Shown: positions 1-8,498 of the stretch, in pieces | Layout: each line of letters begins with the position of its first letter | Position numbering within the stretch: the first letter of the stretch is position 1 | Source: Patescibacteria group bacterium | GTDB taxonomy: Bacteria; Patescibacteriota; Microgenomatia; Levybacterales; UBA12049 | NCBI GenBank assembly: GCA_023473545.1 | Contig: JAMCXO010000022.1 | Span: forward strand, 1 to 40,930 | Direction: 5' to 3' | DNA length: 40,930 nt | Notes under the pieces: model-generated | What the model saw: the letters and a program-made list of their open reading frames with translations, nothing else | The model's database searches: none | What the model was told of the DNA's origin: nothing | Made by a program: the position numbers and the translations under genes

Positions 1-808
1 GGCTTCTGGGCAGGCCTGTCTCCACATCCCTGCCCCGCACAATCGCCATCCTCTCGGCCTTAGAACTATTCTCTTCATCTGTTTTTGATTTCTCTTCGTT
101 TGTTTTTAACCCTTTACTCTTTGCTTTTTTATACGCGCTTCCTATCTTAATCTTTAAATCTTCGGCGCTTGTTTCCCCGATTATTAAACCATGCCGAAGC
201 CTTAGATAATGAATAATTGATTTATCCATCTCGTCTCCCGCAACCTTTAAAGACTTGCTAACCACAATCCCACCCAAGGAGATAACCGCGATCTCGGTTG
301 TTCCCCCGCCAACATCAATAATCATCATGCCGGTTGGCTGAAAAACCGAAACCCCTTCTCCAATCGCGGCGGCCATTGGCTCTTCGATAAGATACGATGT
401 CCTTGCCCCGGCAGACAAAGCGGCCTCCCAAACCGCTCTGCGCTCAACCTCGGTAACGGAGGAAGGTATGCCTATCACCACCCTTGGCCTTGCCCACAAG
501 GACAATAATTTCCCGGAAATCTCATGCACCTTTTGAATATAATAGGCAATCATGGATGCTGTCGCGTCAAAATCCGCTATTACTCCGTTTCTTAAGGGAC
601 GGATTGTAACAAGGGAGGAAGGGGTTTTACCCAGCATCTTCTTTGCCTCCGATCCTATGGCGATCAGCTTTTTATCCCTCTTATGCATCGTAACAATCGA
701 AGGTTCCCTTATCACAATGCCCTTGCCCCTTATCCAAACCAGGGTGTTGGCCGTGCCGAGATCTATGCCAATGTCATGGGAAAAAAGAGAGAAGAATTTA
801 TCAAGCAT
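1..808 (-). CDS. mreB: Rod shape-determining protein MreB (3' end runs off the window)
   Basis: Manual translation of the reverse strand from ATG 808 gives MLDKFFSLFSHDIGIDLGTANTLV...EPS...RPLRNGVIADF...IEEPMAAAIG...DVGGGTTEIAVISLGG...AGDEMD. Not in the ORF track because it has no stop inside the window. Confidence 0.97.
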   Translation of the reverse strand, partial: MLDKFFSLFSHDIGIDLGTANTLVWIRGKGIVIREPSIVTMHKRDKKLIAIGSEAKKMLGKTPSSLVTIRPLRNGVIADFDATASMIAYYIQKVHEISGKLLSLWARPRVVIGIPSSVTEVERRAVWEAALSAGARTSYLIEEPMAAAIGEGVSVFQPTGMMIIDVGGGTTEIAVISLGGIVVSKSLKVAGDEMDKSIIHYLRLRHGLIIGETSAEDLKIKIGSAYKKAKSKGLKTNEEKSKTDEENSSKAERMAIVRGRDVETGLPRS

Positions 809-895
809 AGTAACCAATACCGCAGTATTCTAATTATTCTAGCATCTTGCCCGCGCTTTGCCAATATGCTAGGATTAAAAATACTTAAGCCAAAA

Positions 896-980
896 GAGCG
901 AGTGAATAATTTTTTTGAGGATGAATGTTTGACCCGCCGCAGGCGGGGAGTTACACCCGCAAAAAAAATTGTTCACGAGC
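896..980 (+). repeat. Dispersed hairpin element, copy 1 (GAGCGAGTGAATAA...TTGTTCACGAGC)
   Basis: Arms gtgaataattttttt / aaaaaaaattgttcac pair, with inner hairpin cccgcc-gca-ggcggg. Homologous to the reverse complement of 8284-8371. Confidence 0.75.
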
Positions 981-993
981 AAAAAAGCAAAAT

Positions 994-3396
994 ATGCTAA
1001 AAATATGTAATAAGATCATAGAATACTCCTTTTATATCCTTTTCCTCTTTGTGCCCTTAGCTTTCGCGAGCATGACTTCCGAGCTTTTTGAGTTTAACAA
1101 GATGTGGCTTACTTTTATTCTGACAATTATCATAACCGGGGCATGGCTGTCTAAAATGGTTATACGCAAAAGGCTGATACTTCAAAGAACGCCTCTTGAT
1201 ATTCCAATTCTTCTTTTTCTGGCTTCTCAGATAATCTCCACTTTTCATTCGCTTGACACCCATGTCTCTTTGTGGGGCTATTATTCAAGATTTAACGGCG
1301 GACTTCTGTCAATTATAAGCTATATACTTCTCTACTACGCGTTTGTCAGTAATTTTGCCTATGAAGGGACAGGCCAAGCAACCACCGGCGCGGTGCGGAT
1401 TATTCCGATGGCTAAGCGGCTTCTTAAAATAAGCCTTATCTCAGGGTTAATCGTTGCCCTCTGGGGACTTCCCTCCCATTTTGGCTACGACCCCACCTGT
1501 CTTCTCTTTAGGGGAACCTTTGATGTGTCATGCTGGACAAGCGCTTTCCAGCCAAAGATCCGTATCTTCTCAACATTGGGCCAGCCCGACTGGCTGGCCG
1601 CCTACTTGGCGATTTTAATTCCGATCTCGATCATCTTATTTATCCAGAAAACTCAGACAGATCAGCAAATCGGAAAACCAGACTCTCCGAAAAACCGGAA
1701 TTCCGGCGCTCTGATTATTCCGATTCTCCGAGTTTTCCGAAATCCAATTTCTATTTTCTATCTTCTGCTGTCATTTCTTTTCTATCTCGATCTTATCTTT
1801 ACCGGCTCAAAATCAGGCTTTCTGGGCTTCTGGACTTCGATAATCGTCTTTGCCGTCTATCTGCTTTTTGTTTATGGCAAAAAACGGATCCGAAGCTCCA
1901 TCCTGGCAGTTTTAATCATCTTAGCCGGTTTATCTATTGTTACTTTTATCGCCGGCCAGCCGTTTCCGAATCTTAATAAGTTCACCCTTTCCGGCATAGC
2001 GGCCCGTCTTTCCGAAAAACCAACCGCCGCGAGCCAGCAGCCGGCGGCTGTCCACTCCGGGGAGCTGGGCGGAACCGATTCGGGCAAGATACGCCTTATC
2101 GTTTGGAAAGGCGCCTTAGATATCTGGCGCCACAACCCAATCTTTGGCACCGGGGTCGAAACCTTTGCCTTTGCCTATTACCAATATAAACCTAAGGCGC
2201 ATAACCTCACGTCCGAATGGGATTTTCTATACAATAAGGCTCATAACGAATACCTTAATTATCTGGCAACGACAGGCGCTTTTGGGCTGGGAACATATTT
2301 GTTAATGATAGGCTGGTTCTTGTTTATCAGCCTTTCTCCTGCCGCGCCGAACCTGTTCGCCTCCCTGAGAAGCGGGTTGAAAAATCTAAGCCAAACAGGA
2401 TCCCGAAACAAGCTGGGGATAACAGAAAATACCGGGATAACAGAGAATAACATTTTGGGCTTTTCTCTTATAGCCTCCTATATCTCGATCCTTACCACAA
2501 ACTTCTTCGGTTTCTCGGTTGTCATCACCAACATTTATTTATTTATGATTCCCGGTTTTGTCTTTGTACTTCTTGGTATTCTCCCCGGCCACGGATCCGG
2601 CAGCGGATTACCGCATCGGGAAAGAGAGGGGCAAAAAAATCCAGCCCCTAAAAAACCCGGCCAAAACACTTCTCTTCTCCAAGAGTTTTTAATTCTAATT
2701 ATCGCGGCTGTGGGGCTCTATTTTATCTGGTCTCTTGCTGTATTCTGGGTAGCGGACACAAACTATGCCATGGGGTATAACCTGGACCATGCCAATGAGT
2801 ACCAAAGAGCCTATCCTTTACTGCGGACTGCTGTCTCCCAAAGGCCGGGTGAGCCTGTTTTTCAAGACGAGCTTTCCCAAAACGAAGCAACCCTTGCCCT
2901 ATTATCGGCCGAAAACAAACAGGCAACCCAGGCCGCGCTCCTTGCCAAATCCGCCATCGAGGCAAGCAGCAATGTTATTAAAAAGCATCCTAATGATGTG
3001 GTGTTTTGGAAAAACAGAACCCGGGTTTTTTACATTCTAAGCCGGCTTAATCCCGCCTATCTTGCAACCGCTCTCGAGAGTCTAAAAAAGGCCTACGCCC
3101 TTGCCCCAACCGATGTTAAGGTGTCTTATGATCTTGGGGTTTTATACGGCCAGGAAGGAAATGACAAAAAGGCTGTCGCGTTTCTCGAACATACTATTTA
3201 TATAAAGCCTGATTATACCAATGCCTATTACGCCCTGGGTCTTTTTTATCACGACATGGCGCTTGATAAAAAAGGCAGGGTGGTAAACAGAGCTCTTCAG
3301 AACAAAGCGGTTGCCCAAATGAAGAAAATTTTGACTAAGCTGGCCCCGGGCGATGTCCAGGCCGAAAAAACCCTTAGGCAGTGGCAGAATCAATAA
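994..3396 (+). CDS. O-antigen ligase (Wzy_C)-like polytopic membrane protein with C-terminal TPR region
   Basis: Many TM segments. Motifs ELFEFNKM, STLGQPDWLA, RLIVWKGALDIWRHNPIFGTGVETF and KAHNEYL, followed by TPR-like helices. Start moved to ATG 994 because the 925 extension lies inside the hairpin repeat. Confidence 0.85.
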   Translation: MLKICNKIIEYSFYILFLFVPLAFASMTSELFEFNKMWLTFILTIIITGAWLSKMVIRKRLILQRTPLDIPILLFLASQIISTFHSLDTHVSLWGYYSRFNGGLLSIISYILLYYAFVSNFAYEGTGQATTGAVRIIPMAKRLLKISLISGLIVALWGLPSHFGYDPTCLLFRGTFDVSCWTSAFQPKIRIFSTLGQPDWLAAYLAILIPISIILFIQKTQTDQQIGKPDSPKNRNSGALIIPILRVFRNPISIFYLLLSFLFYLDLIFTGSKSGFLGFWTSIIVFAVYLLFVYGKKRIRSSILAVLIILAGLSIVTFIAGQPFPNLNKFTLSGIAARLSEKPTAASQQPAAVHSGELGGTDSGKIRLIVWKGALDIWRHNPIFGTGVETFAFAYYQYKPKAHNLTSEWDFLYNKAHNEYLNYLATTGAFGLGTYLLMIGWFLFISLSPAAPNLFASLRSGLKNLSQTGSRNKLGITENTGITENNILGFSLIASYISILTTNFFGFSVVITNIYLFMIPGFVFVLLGILPGHGSGSGLPHREREGQKNPAPKKPGQNTSLLQEFLILIIAAVGLYFIWSLAVFWVADTNYAMGYNLDHANEYQRAYPLLRTAVSQRPGEPVFQDELSQNEATLALLSAENKQATQAALLAKSAIEASSNVIKKHPNDVVFWKNRTRVFYILSRLNPAYLATALESLKKAYALAPTDVKVSYDLGVLYGQEGNDKKAVAFLEHTIYIKPDYTNAYYALGLFYHDMALDKKGRVVNRALQNKAVAQMKKILTKLAPGDVQAEKTLRQWQNQ

Positions 3397-3455
3397 TCAA
3401 GACCCCTACCTCAATTCTCTTGGCCTTGAAGGCTTATCAATGCTATAATAATCCC

Positions 3456-3998
3456 ATGCTTTCTATTGTTAAGGCACCTAATCCCATCCTGTCCCAAATC
3501 GCCAAAAAGGTAAACACGATCACCCCCGAAACAAAAACCCTAATCAAAGAGATGAAAGAAACGCTTTTGCAAACGCGCGATCCGCAGGGCGTGGGCCTGG
3601 CGGCGCCCCAGGTAAACAAAGGCCTAAATCTGTTTATCGCCAAGCCAACGGACAAATCCCCTATTCTTACTTTTATTAACCCTGTCATTAAAAAAAATAT
3701 CGCTCAAAAAAACCGGGGAAAACAGAAGGCATCGGGCAAACTTGAGGGCTGCTTGTCTCTGCCCTCCATCTGGGGAGAGGTACAAAGAAGCCCCCAGGTA
3801 GTCGTATCGTATCTGGATGAGCTGGGCGTTTGCCACAAACGGAAATTCTTAGGCCTTTTGGCCATCATCGTCCAACACGAAATAGATCATCTAAACGGCA
3901 TACTGTTCCCAAGGCGGGTTTTGGAACAAAAGGGCAAACTTTACAAATCCCATAAAAACCCCCAGGGCGGGGAGGAGTTCGAGGAAATAGAAATATGA
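3456..3998 (+). CDS. def: Peptide deformylase
   Basis: Motifs GVGLAAPQ, EGCLS and QHEIDHLNG. Start placed at ATG 3456, 6 nt after TGCTATAAT (3441-3449). Confidence 0.97.
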   Translation: MLSIVKAPNPILSQIAKKVNTITPETKTLIKEMKETLLQTRDPQGVGLAAPQVNKGLNLFIAKPTDKSPILTFINPVIKKNIAQKNRGKQKASGKLEGCLSLPSIWGEVQRSPQVVVSYLDELGVCHKRKFLGLLAIIVQHEIDHLNGILFPRRVLEQKGKLYKSHKNPQGGEEFEEIEI

Positions 3999-4007
3999 GA
4001 TAATCTT

Positions 4008-4850
4008 ATGAAACTTGTTTTCTTCGGTTCGTCAAAATATGTTCTCCCTGTTATTGAAAAACTGCGTGATAATTTTGAACTAACACTTGTTGTTACGACC
4101 GAAAGACTGACTACCGATGCCATTTCCGCCTATTGCTTGAAGCACAAAATCCCCTATTTCCGCACGTCTTCTCTTTCCGATCCAAATCTTAAATCCTTAA
4201 TCTTAGGTCTTAATTCCTCAATCGGCGTGGTGGCGGACTTTGGCTTGATAATCCCAAAACCTATTCTGGATATTTTTCCAAAGGGAATTTTGAACATCCA
4301 CCCCTCTCTTCTGCCCAAATACCGGGGACCAACCCCTGTCCAGTCGGCGATTTTAAACGGCGACAGGGAAACAGGCGTCAGCGTTATTAAGCTCGACAAA
4401 GAGGTTGATCACGGACCAATTCTTAACCGGCAGAAAGAGCCGATTTTTGAGGATGACACCGCCGAAAGCCTTTACCTGCGCCTCTTTACCCTCGGCGCAA
4501 AGATACTGCCTCAAACTATTAACAAGTATGTCAAAGGAGAACTTAGACTATCAGAGCAAGACCACGCCGGCGCCACCTTTACCAAACGCCTTACGCGCCA
4601 GGACGGCTATCTTAATCTCTGTTCATTGGAAATTGAAAATTGTAAATTGAAAATTGACCGCATGATAAAGGCCTATTATCCCTGGCCCGGGGTCTGGACT
4701 AAGTTAAGAATTAAGAATAAGGAATTAAGAATCAAGTTTCTGCCGGGAGAAAAAATCCAGGTTGAGGGCGGAAAGCCAATGTCTTATAAAGATTTTATCA
4801 ACGGATACCCGGAAGGAAAAGAAGTATTGAAAAAACTAAGTCCATACTGA
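4008..4850 (+). CDS. fmt: Methionyl-tRNA formyltransferase
   Basis: MKLVFFGS, NIHPSLLPKYRGPTP, DHGPI and AYYPWPG. Directly follows def. Confidence 0.96.
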   Translation: MKLVFFGSSKYVLPVIEKLRDNFELTLVVTTERLTTDAISAYCLKHKIPYFRTSSLSDPNLKSLILGLNSSIGVVADFGLIIPKPILDIFPKGILNIHPSLLPKYRGPTPVQSAILNGDRETGVSVIKLDKEVDHGPILNRQKEPIFEDDTAESLYLRLFTLGAKILPQTINKYVKGELRLSEQDHAGATFTKRLTRQDGYLNLCSLEIENCKLKIDRMIKAYYPWPGVWTKLRIKNKELRIKFLPGEKIQVEGGKPMSYKDFINGYPEGKEVLKKLSPY

Positions 4851-4892
4851 TTCCGCCTATTTCCTATCTTGGAGGCGAAAACGGTGCAAACT

Positions 4893-5630
4893 TCAACTAT
4901 CTATCTTAACTCCATCCGCATTTAAGGCGGAGAAAGACGTAATATGTTCCTCTCTTATCGTATGTCCAAGATTTTTTGCTTTTGATCTTAAGTCGCTAGC
5001 GATTATTTCATTATCCGCAGTTATATGAATTTCAACAGGAGTAACTTCTATACCTGCATTCTCTATACCTGCTATTTTAAGCGGATTATTTGTCAAGAGT
5101 CTTACCGACTTAATTCCGGTATGACTAAGCATTTCTCCCGCAATTGTAAAATCTCGAACTTCCGAAGGATAACCAGCCTCTTTATATGCTCTATCTGTAT
5201 CAATTCTTTCTCCTGTTTGTGAATCTCTTTTCTGTTCTATTTTTCCGTTTTTCCAACCAAACATACCATTTAGCTGAGCCATTTTCCCCGCGATTCCGGT
5301 TCCTCTACCTTCTTGATCCAGATATAATATAACTCCCCGGCCTTCTTCCTGAATTAACTTCATTGCTTCATGGAGTTCTTTTCTGCACTCGCAGTTAACT
5401 GCATGATAAACCTCATTTGTTCTACAGGAAGAGTGCATTCTTACAAGTAAATTTCTACCGTCTCCTAAAGACCCATCTGCGATATTTCCAAACACGAGCA
5501 TTTCATGATGACTTCCATTAGTATAATCGCCAAAGACAATATATGTCCAATCACCAAACTCTGTAGGCAATGGTGCCCTTCCAAGTTCTTCGACTATTGA
5601 TTGTTTCTCTTTTTTCAGCACCCGTTTCAT
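4893..5630 (-). CDS. ribA: GTP cyclohydrolase II-like protein (true start possibly 5755, across a G8 frameshift)
   Basis: LPTEFG, RMHSSCRTNEVYHAVNCEC (three Zn Cys), YLDQEGRGTG, RDFTIAGEML, VRLLTNNPLK and C-terminal LGH. Confidence 0.88.
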   Translation of the reverse strand: MKRVLKKEKQSIVEELGRAPLPTEFGDWTYIVFGDYTNGSHHEMLVFGNIADGSLGDGRNLLVRMHSSCRTNEVYHAVNCECRKELHEAMKLIQEEGRGVILYLDQEGRGTGIAGKMAQLNGMFGWKNGKIEQKRDSQTGERIDTDRAYKEAGYPSEVRDFTIAGEMLSHTGIKSVRLLTNNPLKIAGIENAGIEVTPVEIHITADNEIIASDLRSKAKNLGHTIREEHITSFSALNADGVKIDS

Positions 5631-5760
5631 TTCTTGCTCTATAATCCAAGGCTCTCTCCACTCTCGCTGCCTTAAATATTGAATCTTTTCAAGTAATGAT
5701 CCCCCCCCACTTGTTCCTCTTTTAATATTCCTTGCTGATCTATCTCATGGCTCATTTTTT

Positions 5761-6030
5761 TTATAACTGTGAATGGAACAGTTTTGAAGTTGCACCTCTA
5801 GTCCCTTTATTCTTAAAATTACTTCTAACAGTTCTTAAACACTTCGTGCAAAGCCTAACTCTTTTCATTACTCCGTTAATTGGCATTTTTGCCCAATGCA
5901 GATTAGGTTTAAATATTTTTTGAGTTACAGGTGCCTTTTTTTTCCATCTGCCGCCCGCCACCCCCGGATGATGGGTGTGGCTTCTGCCAACCATTCTTCC
6001 CTTGTCGCAAATAAAGCATTTCATCGCCAT
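5761..6030 (-). CDS. rpmB: 50S ribosomal protein L28 (Zn-ribbon type)
   Basis: MAMKCFICDKG...FKPNL...VRLCTKCLR. Basic and about 89 aa. Confidence 0.93.
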   Translation of the reverse strand: MAMKCFICDKGRMVGRSHTHHPGVAGGRWKKKAPVTQKIFKPNLHWAKMPINGVMKRVRLCTKCLRTVRSNFKNKGTRGATSKLFHSQL

Positions 6031-6079
6031 AGACAATTTTCCTTTTTTTCATTATACTGGAAAAGGAGAATTTTTACAA

Positions 6080-6730
6080 ATGTCAGTCTCGCTTTTTATC
6101 GGTTTAGTTATTCTTGTTTACTCCGCCATCTTGCATGAAGTCGCCCACGGCTTTGTGGCGGATAAACTGGGCGACCCAACCGCCCGTCTTGCCGGAAGAT
6201 TAACCCTTAACCCCAAAAACCATATTGATCCGATGATGAGTATCGCCCTGCCCTTGCTTTTGATTCTCTCCCACTCCCCGGTTGTCTTTGGCGCCGCCAA
6301 GCCGGTGCCGGTTGACTATTTTAACCTTAAAGAAGGCAGAAAAGACATTGCCCTTGTTTCCCTGGCCGGGCCTCTGACCAATGTTTTGCTGGCAGTTGCC
6401 GCTTCTATTCTTATCCGGGTGTTTTCTGTGCCGTTTATCGAAGCGGTGATTCCTTCTTTCCTGTCTTTGATTATCTATTTTCTATTGTCCAGCATCATAA
6501 CCTATAATCTCCTCCTGGCGATTTTCAATCTTATTCCAATCCCCCCTCTTGACGGCTCAAAGGTCTTTGCCCTTCTCTTGCCCGAGGAGGAGGCAAACAT
6601 CTATCTTTCCATCGGCTCTGTCGGCATGTTTATTCTCTTTTTCCTTCTCCTTTTTCCCCTCGGCGGATTTTCTCTGGGCAGCTTTATCTTTAACCTTACA
6701 GATTTTGCCCGCGGCCTTCTTATTCCCTAA
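6080..6730 (+). CDS. Site-2 protease (M50 family) membrane zinc metalloprotease
   Basis: HEVAH, GDPTARLAGRLTLNP, AGPLTN and FNLIPIPPLDG. ATG 6080 follows AAGGAG. Confidence 0.93.
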   Translation: MSVSLFIGLVILVYSAILHEVAHGFVADKLGDPTARLAGRLTLNPKNHIDPMMSIALPLLLILSHSPVVFGAAKPVPVDYFNLKEGRKDIALVSLAGPLTNVLLAVAASILIRVFSVPFIEAVIPSFLSLIIYFLLSSIITYNLLLAIFNLIPIPPLDGSKVFALLLPEEEANIYLSIGSVGMFILFFLLLFPLGGFSLGSFIFNLTDFARGLLIP

Positions 6731-6824
6731 AACGTCTTCTGCCCGGGTCTTTCTATTGACTATTTAATTAAAAGCTGATAATATATCCTATAGGATAAGA
6801 TTTCGGATCTATAATTTTCGAGCT

Positions 6825-7433
6825 ATGTCATACCTGGAAACCAAACCCCGAATAACCGGAAAAAAACCAAAGGACACGCAGACATCGGCAGTCTCGGAAG
6901 CGCCTGGAGAAACAAGGAGATTCTCGGAAAGCGCCCGGGAATATCTTTTGAGCGAAGGCTACCTTATTTATGAATTAACAGGTCAGTCAATCGAAGACTT
7001 ACGGAAAAAAGAATCTTTAGAAATAAACCAGCATCTGGATTTAAGCGTTGCTAATTTTGAAAAACTATCCTCAATGCGCTCGGAGGTTGCCATAAATCCC
7101 AATAATTTTCTTATGCAGGTGAGCAATAATAAGACTTTGCCGGAGCAGGAAATAATGATAAAAGCCTTCTCGGAAAAGCTAAAAACGGAAGTTAGAGATG
7201 TTGAAGCAGTTATGGGACAGGTTCCCGATTACGCGGAGCTGTGGTTTAAATACAAAAGAGAAACAGGCGGGTGTTTATTAGGCCAGAGATTCGGCAGAAC
7301 AAAAACCCCAAGCGGAATATACTCTAACGCCGATGTCGGTGCCGACCATCGCGGTTTTGTTATTTCATTTTCGAACACTAATGATAGCTCCGAAGACCTC
7401 TACGCAGGAGTCCTGCTTGTACCGGCGGCATAA
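6825..7433 (+). CDS. Hypothetical protein
   Basis: 202-aa ORF with an upstream TTGACT-N17-TAATAT promoter (about 6757-6785). No recognisable motif. Confidence 0.75.
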   Translation: MSYLETKPRITGKKPKDTQTSAVSEAPGETRRFSESAREYLLSEGYLIYELTGQSIEDLRKKESLEINQHLDLSVANFEKLSSMRSEVAINPNNFLMQVSNNKTLPEQEIMIKAFSEKLKTEVRDVEAVMGQVPDYAELWFKYKRETGGCLLGQRFGRTKTPSGIYSNADVGADHRGFVISFSNTNDSSEDLYAGVLLVPAA

Positions 7434-7438
7434 AACGA

Positions 7439-7467
7439 TTGACATAAATATCCTGTAGTGCTATAAT
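7439..7467 (+). promoter_or_regulatory. Consensus sigma70 promoter
   Basis: TTGACA (7439-7444), 17-nt spacer, TG-C-TATAAT (7462-7467). ATG is 8 nt downstream. Confidence 0.85.
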
Positions 7468-7475
7468 CAGCCCAT

Positions 7476-8192
7476 ATGAACAAAGAAAGGCCATATTATC
7501 ATCCCGATCCTAGAAGAACTGTGCGAAACAGATCTTATCATCCCCGCGGGGAACCTAAGCTTACCCGAAGAGATTTTTCCGAAACGCTTGCCAAAACGAC
7601 TATTGTATTAGCGGGAGTTACGGCTCTCGCGGCGACCATCGCGAAATTAATAAATTTGCCCGATCAGTTGGAAGATCTTGAAACTAGAATAAAAATTGAC
7701 AACCTGGAACACCCGAAAGCAGGATCTTATCTTGTCCGGAATAAGGAAAACGGACGATGGGAAATCTCCGATAAGCCAGGTCCTGTAGAAAGGGGCAGGC
7801 TAACCCCGGCGACCAATGCAACCGGACAGCTCCTTAACAAAGGAAATATTCCCATAAGAAATAATTATCCTGTACTAGGTTTTAACGAAACAAACCTAAA
7901 GCCGAATCCTGCCAACCAGGATATTTATTATATAACCGTGGTTGGAGACCCCTATCCCTCTTCCGATGAGAACGGAAAACCAGGAGATATACCGATATAT
8001 AATCATGGCGTACTGGCAAAAAATCCTAAAGGTATTTGGGCGAAATTGGTAACCGAAGACGGACTGCCTGCAGACATAGACGGCCGGGCGTTAATACCCA
8101 CTAAAGAAAACCCTCATCCAGAACCTCTTTTTGTGGCGATGAATTTTGTAGGCCCGCGTCCCCCATCCCCTGCCGGATCCCCGGCCAAATAA
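7476..8192 (+). CDS. Hypothetical exported/membrane-anchored protein with twin-arginine-like motif
   Basis: TRRDF followed by hydrophobic TTIVLAGVTALAATIA. Pro-rich remainder. Confidence 0.75.
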   Translation: MNKERPYYHPDPRRTVRNRSYHPRGEPKLTRRDFSETLAKTTIVLAGVTALAATIAKLINLPDQLEDLETRIKIDNLEHPKAGSYLVRNKENGRWEISDKPGPVERGRLTPATNATGQLLNKGNIPIRNNYPVLGFNETNLKPNPANQDIYYITVVGDPYPSSDENGKPGDIPIYNHGVLAKNPKGIWAKLVTEDGLPADIDGRALIPTKENPHPEPLFVAMNFVGPRPPSPAGSPAK

Positions 8193-8235
8193 TTTCCATC
8201 AATCCCATCAAAAGGCCTTTTTAATGGACGGAATA

Positions 8236-8405
8236 ACCTTATCCCGTAATGGGTCAGGATTTAGCAAAAATGGTTAACCTATCGCTCGTGAACAAAAATT
8301 TTTCTGTCCTTCACAACTCGCTCATACTTCGCTCAAACAATCTCAGGCCAAAAAATTTTATTCACTCGCTCTCTTTGTCAATTCCTGAACGGGTACCTTA
8401 TCCCG
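8236..8405 (-). repeat. Dispersed hairpin element, copy 2, with MITE-like flanks
   Basis: Core 8284-8371 is the reverse-complement homologue of 896-980. It is flanked by imperfect inverted repeats (tcaggatttagcaaa / tttgtcaattcctga) and an 11-bp direct repeat accttatcccg (8236-8246, 8395-8405). Confidence 0.7.
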
Positions 8406-8498
8406 ATTTGCTTTTTTTCGTTTTTTGTGATATATGTCTTCTGATTTATATAAACCTATAGTTTTCTATTCTGGTTTAGGGGTTTATGACCTATTTAT

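Noticed and set aside
925-993. Longer N-terminus for the O-antigen-ligase ORF
   Set aside because: Lies inside the intergenic hairpin element. ATG 994 precedes the first TM segment.
552-1000. Plus-strand ORFs 552-833 and 683-1000
   Set aside because: Antisense shadows of mreB and read-through of the hairpin repeat.
8249-8461. 70-aa ORF
   Set aside because: Coincides with the repeat element and promoter motif. No protein-like features.
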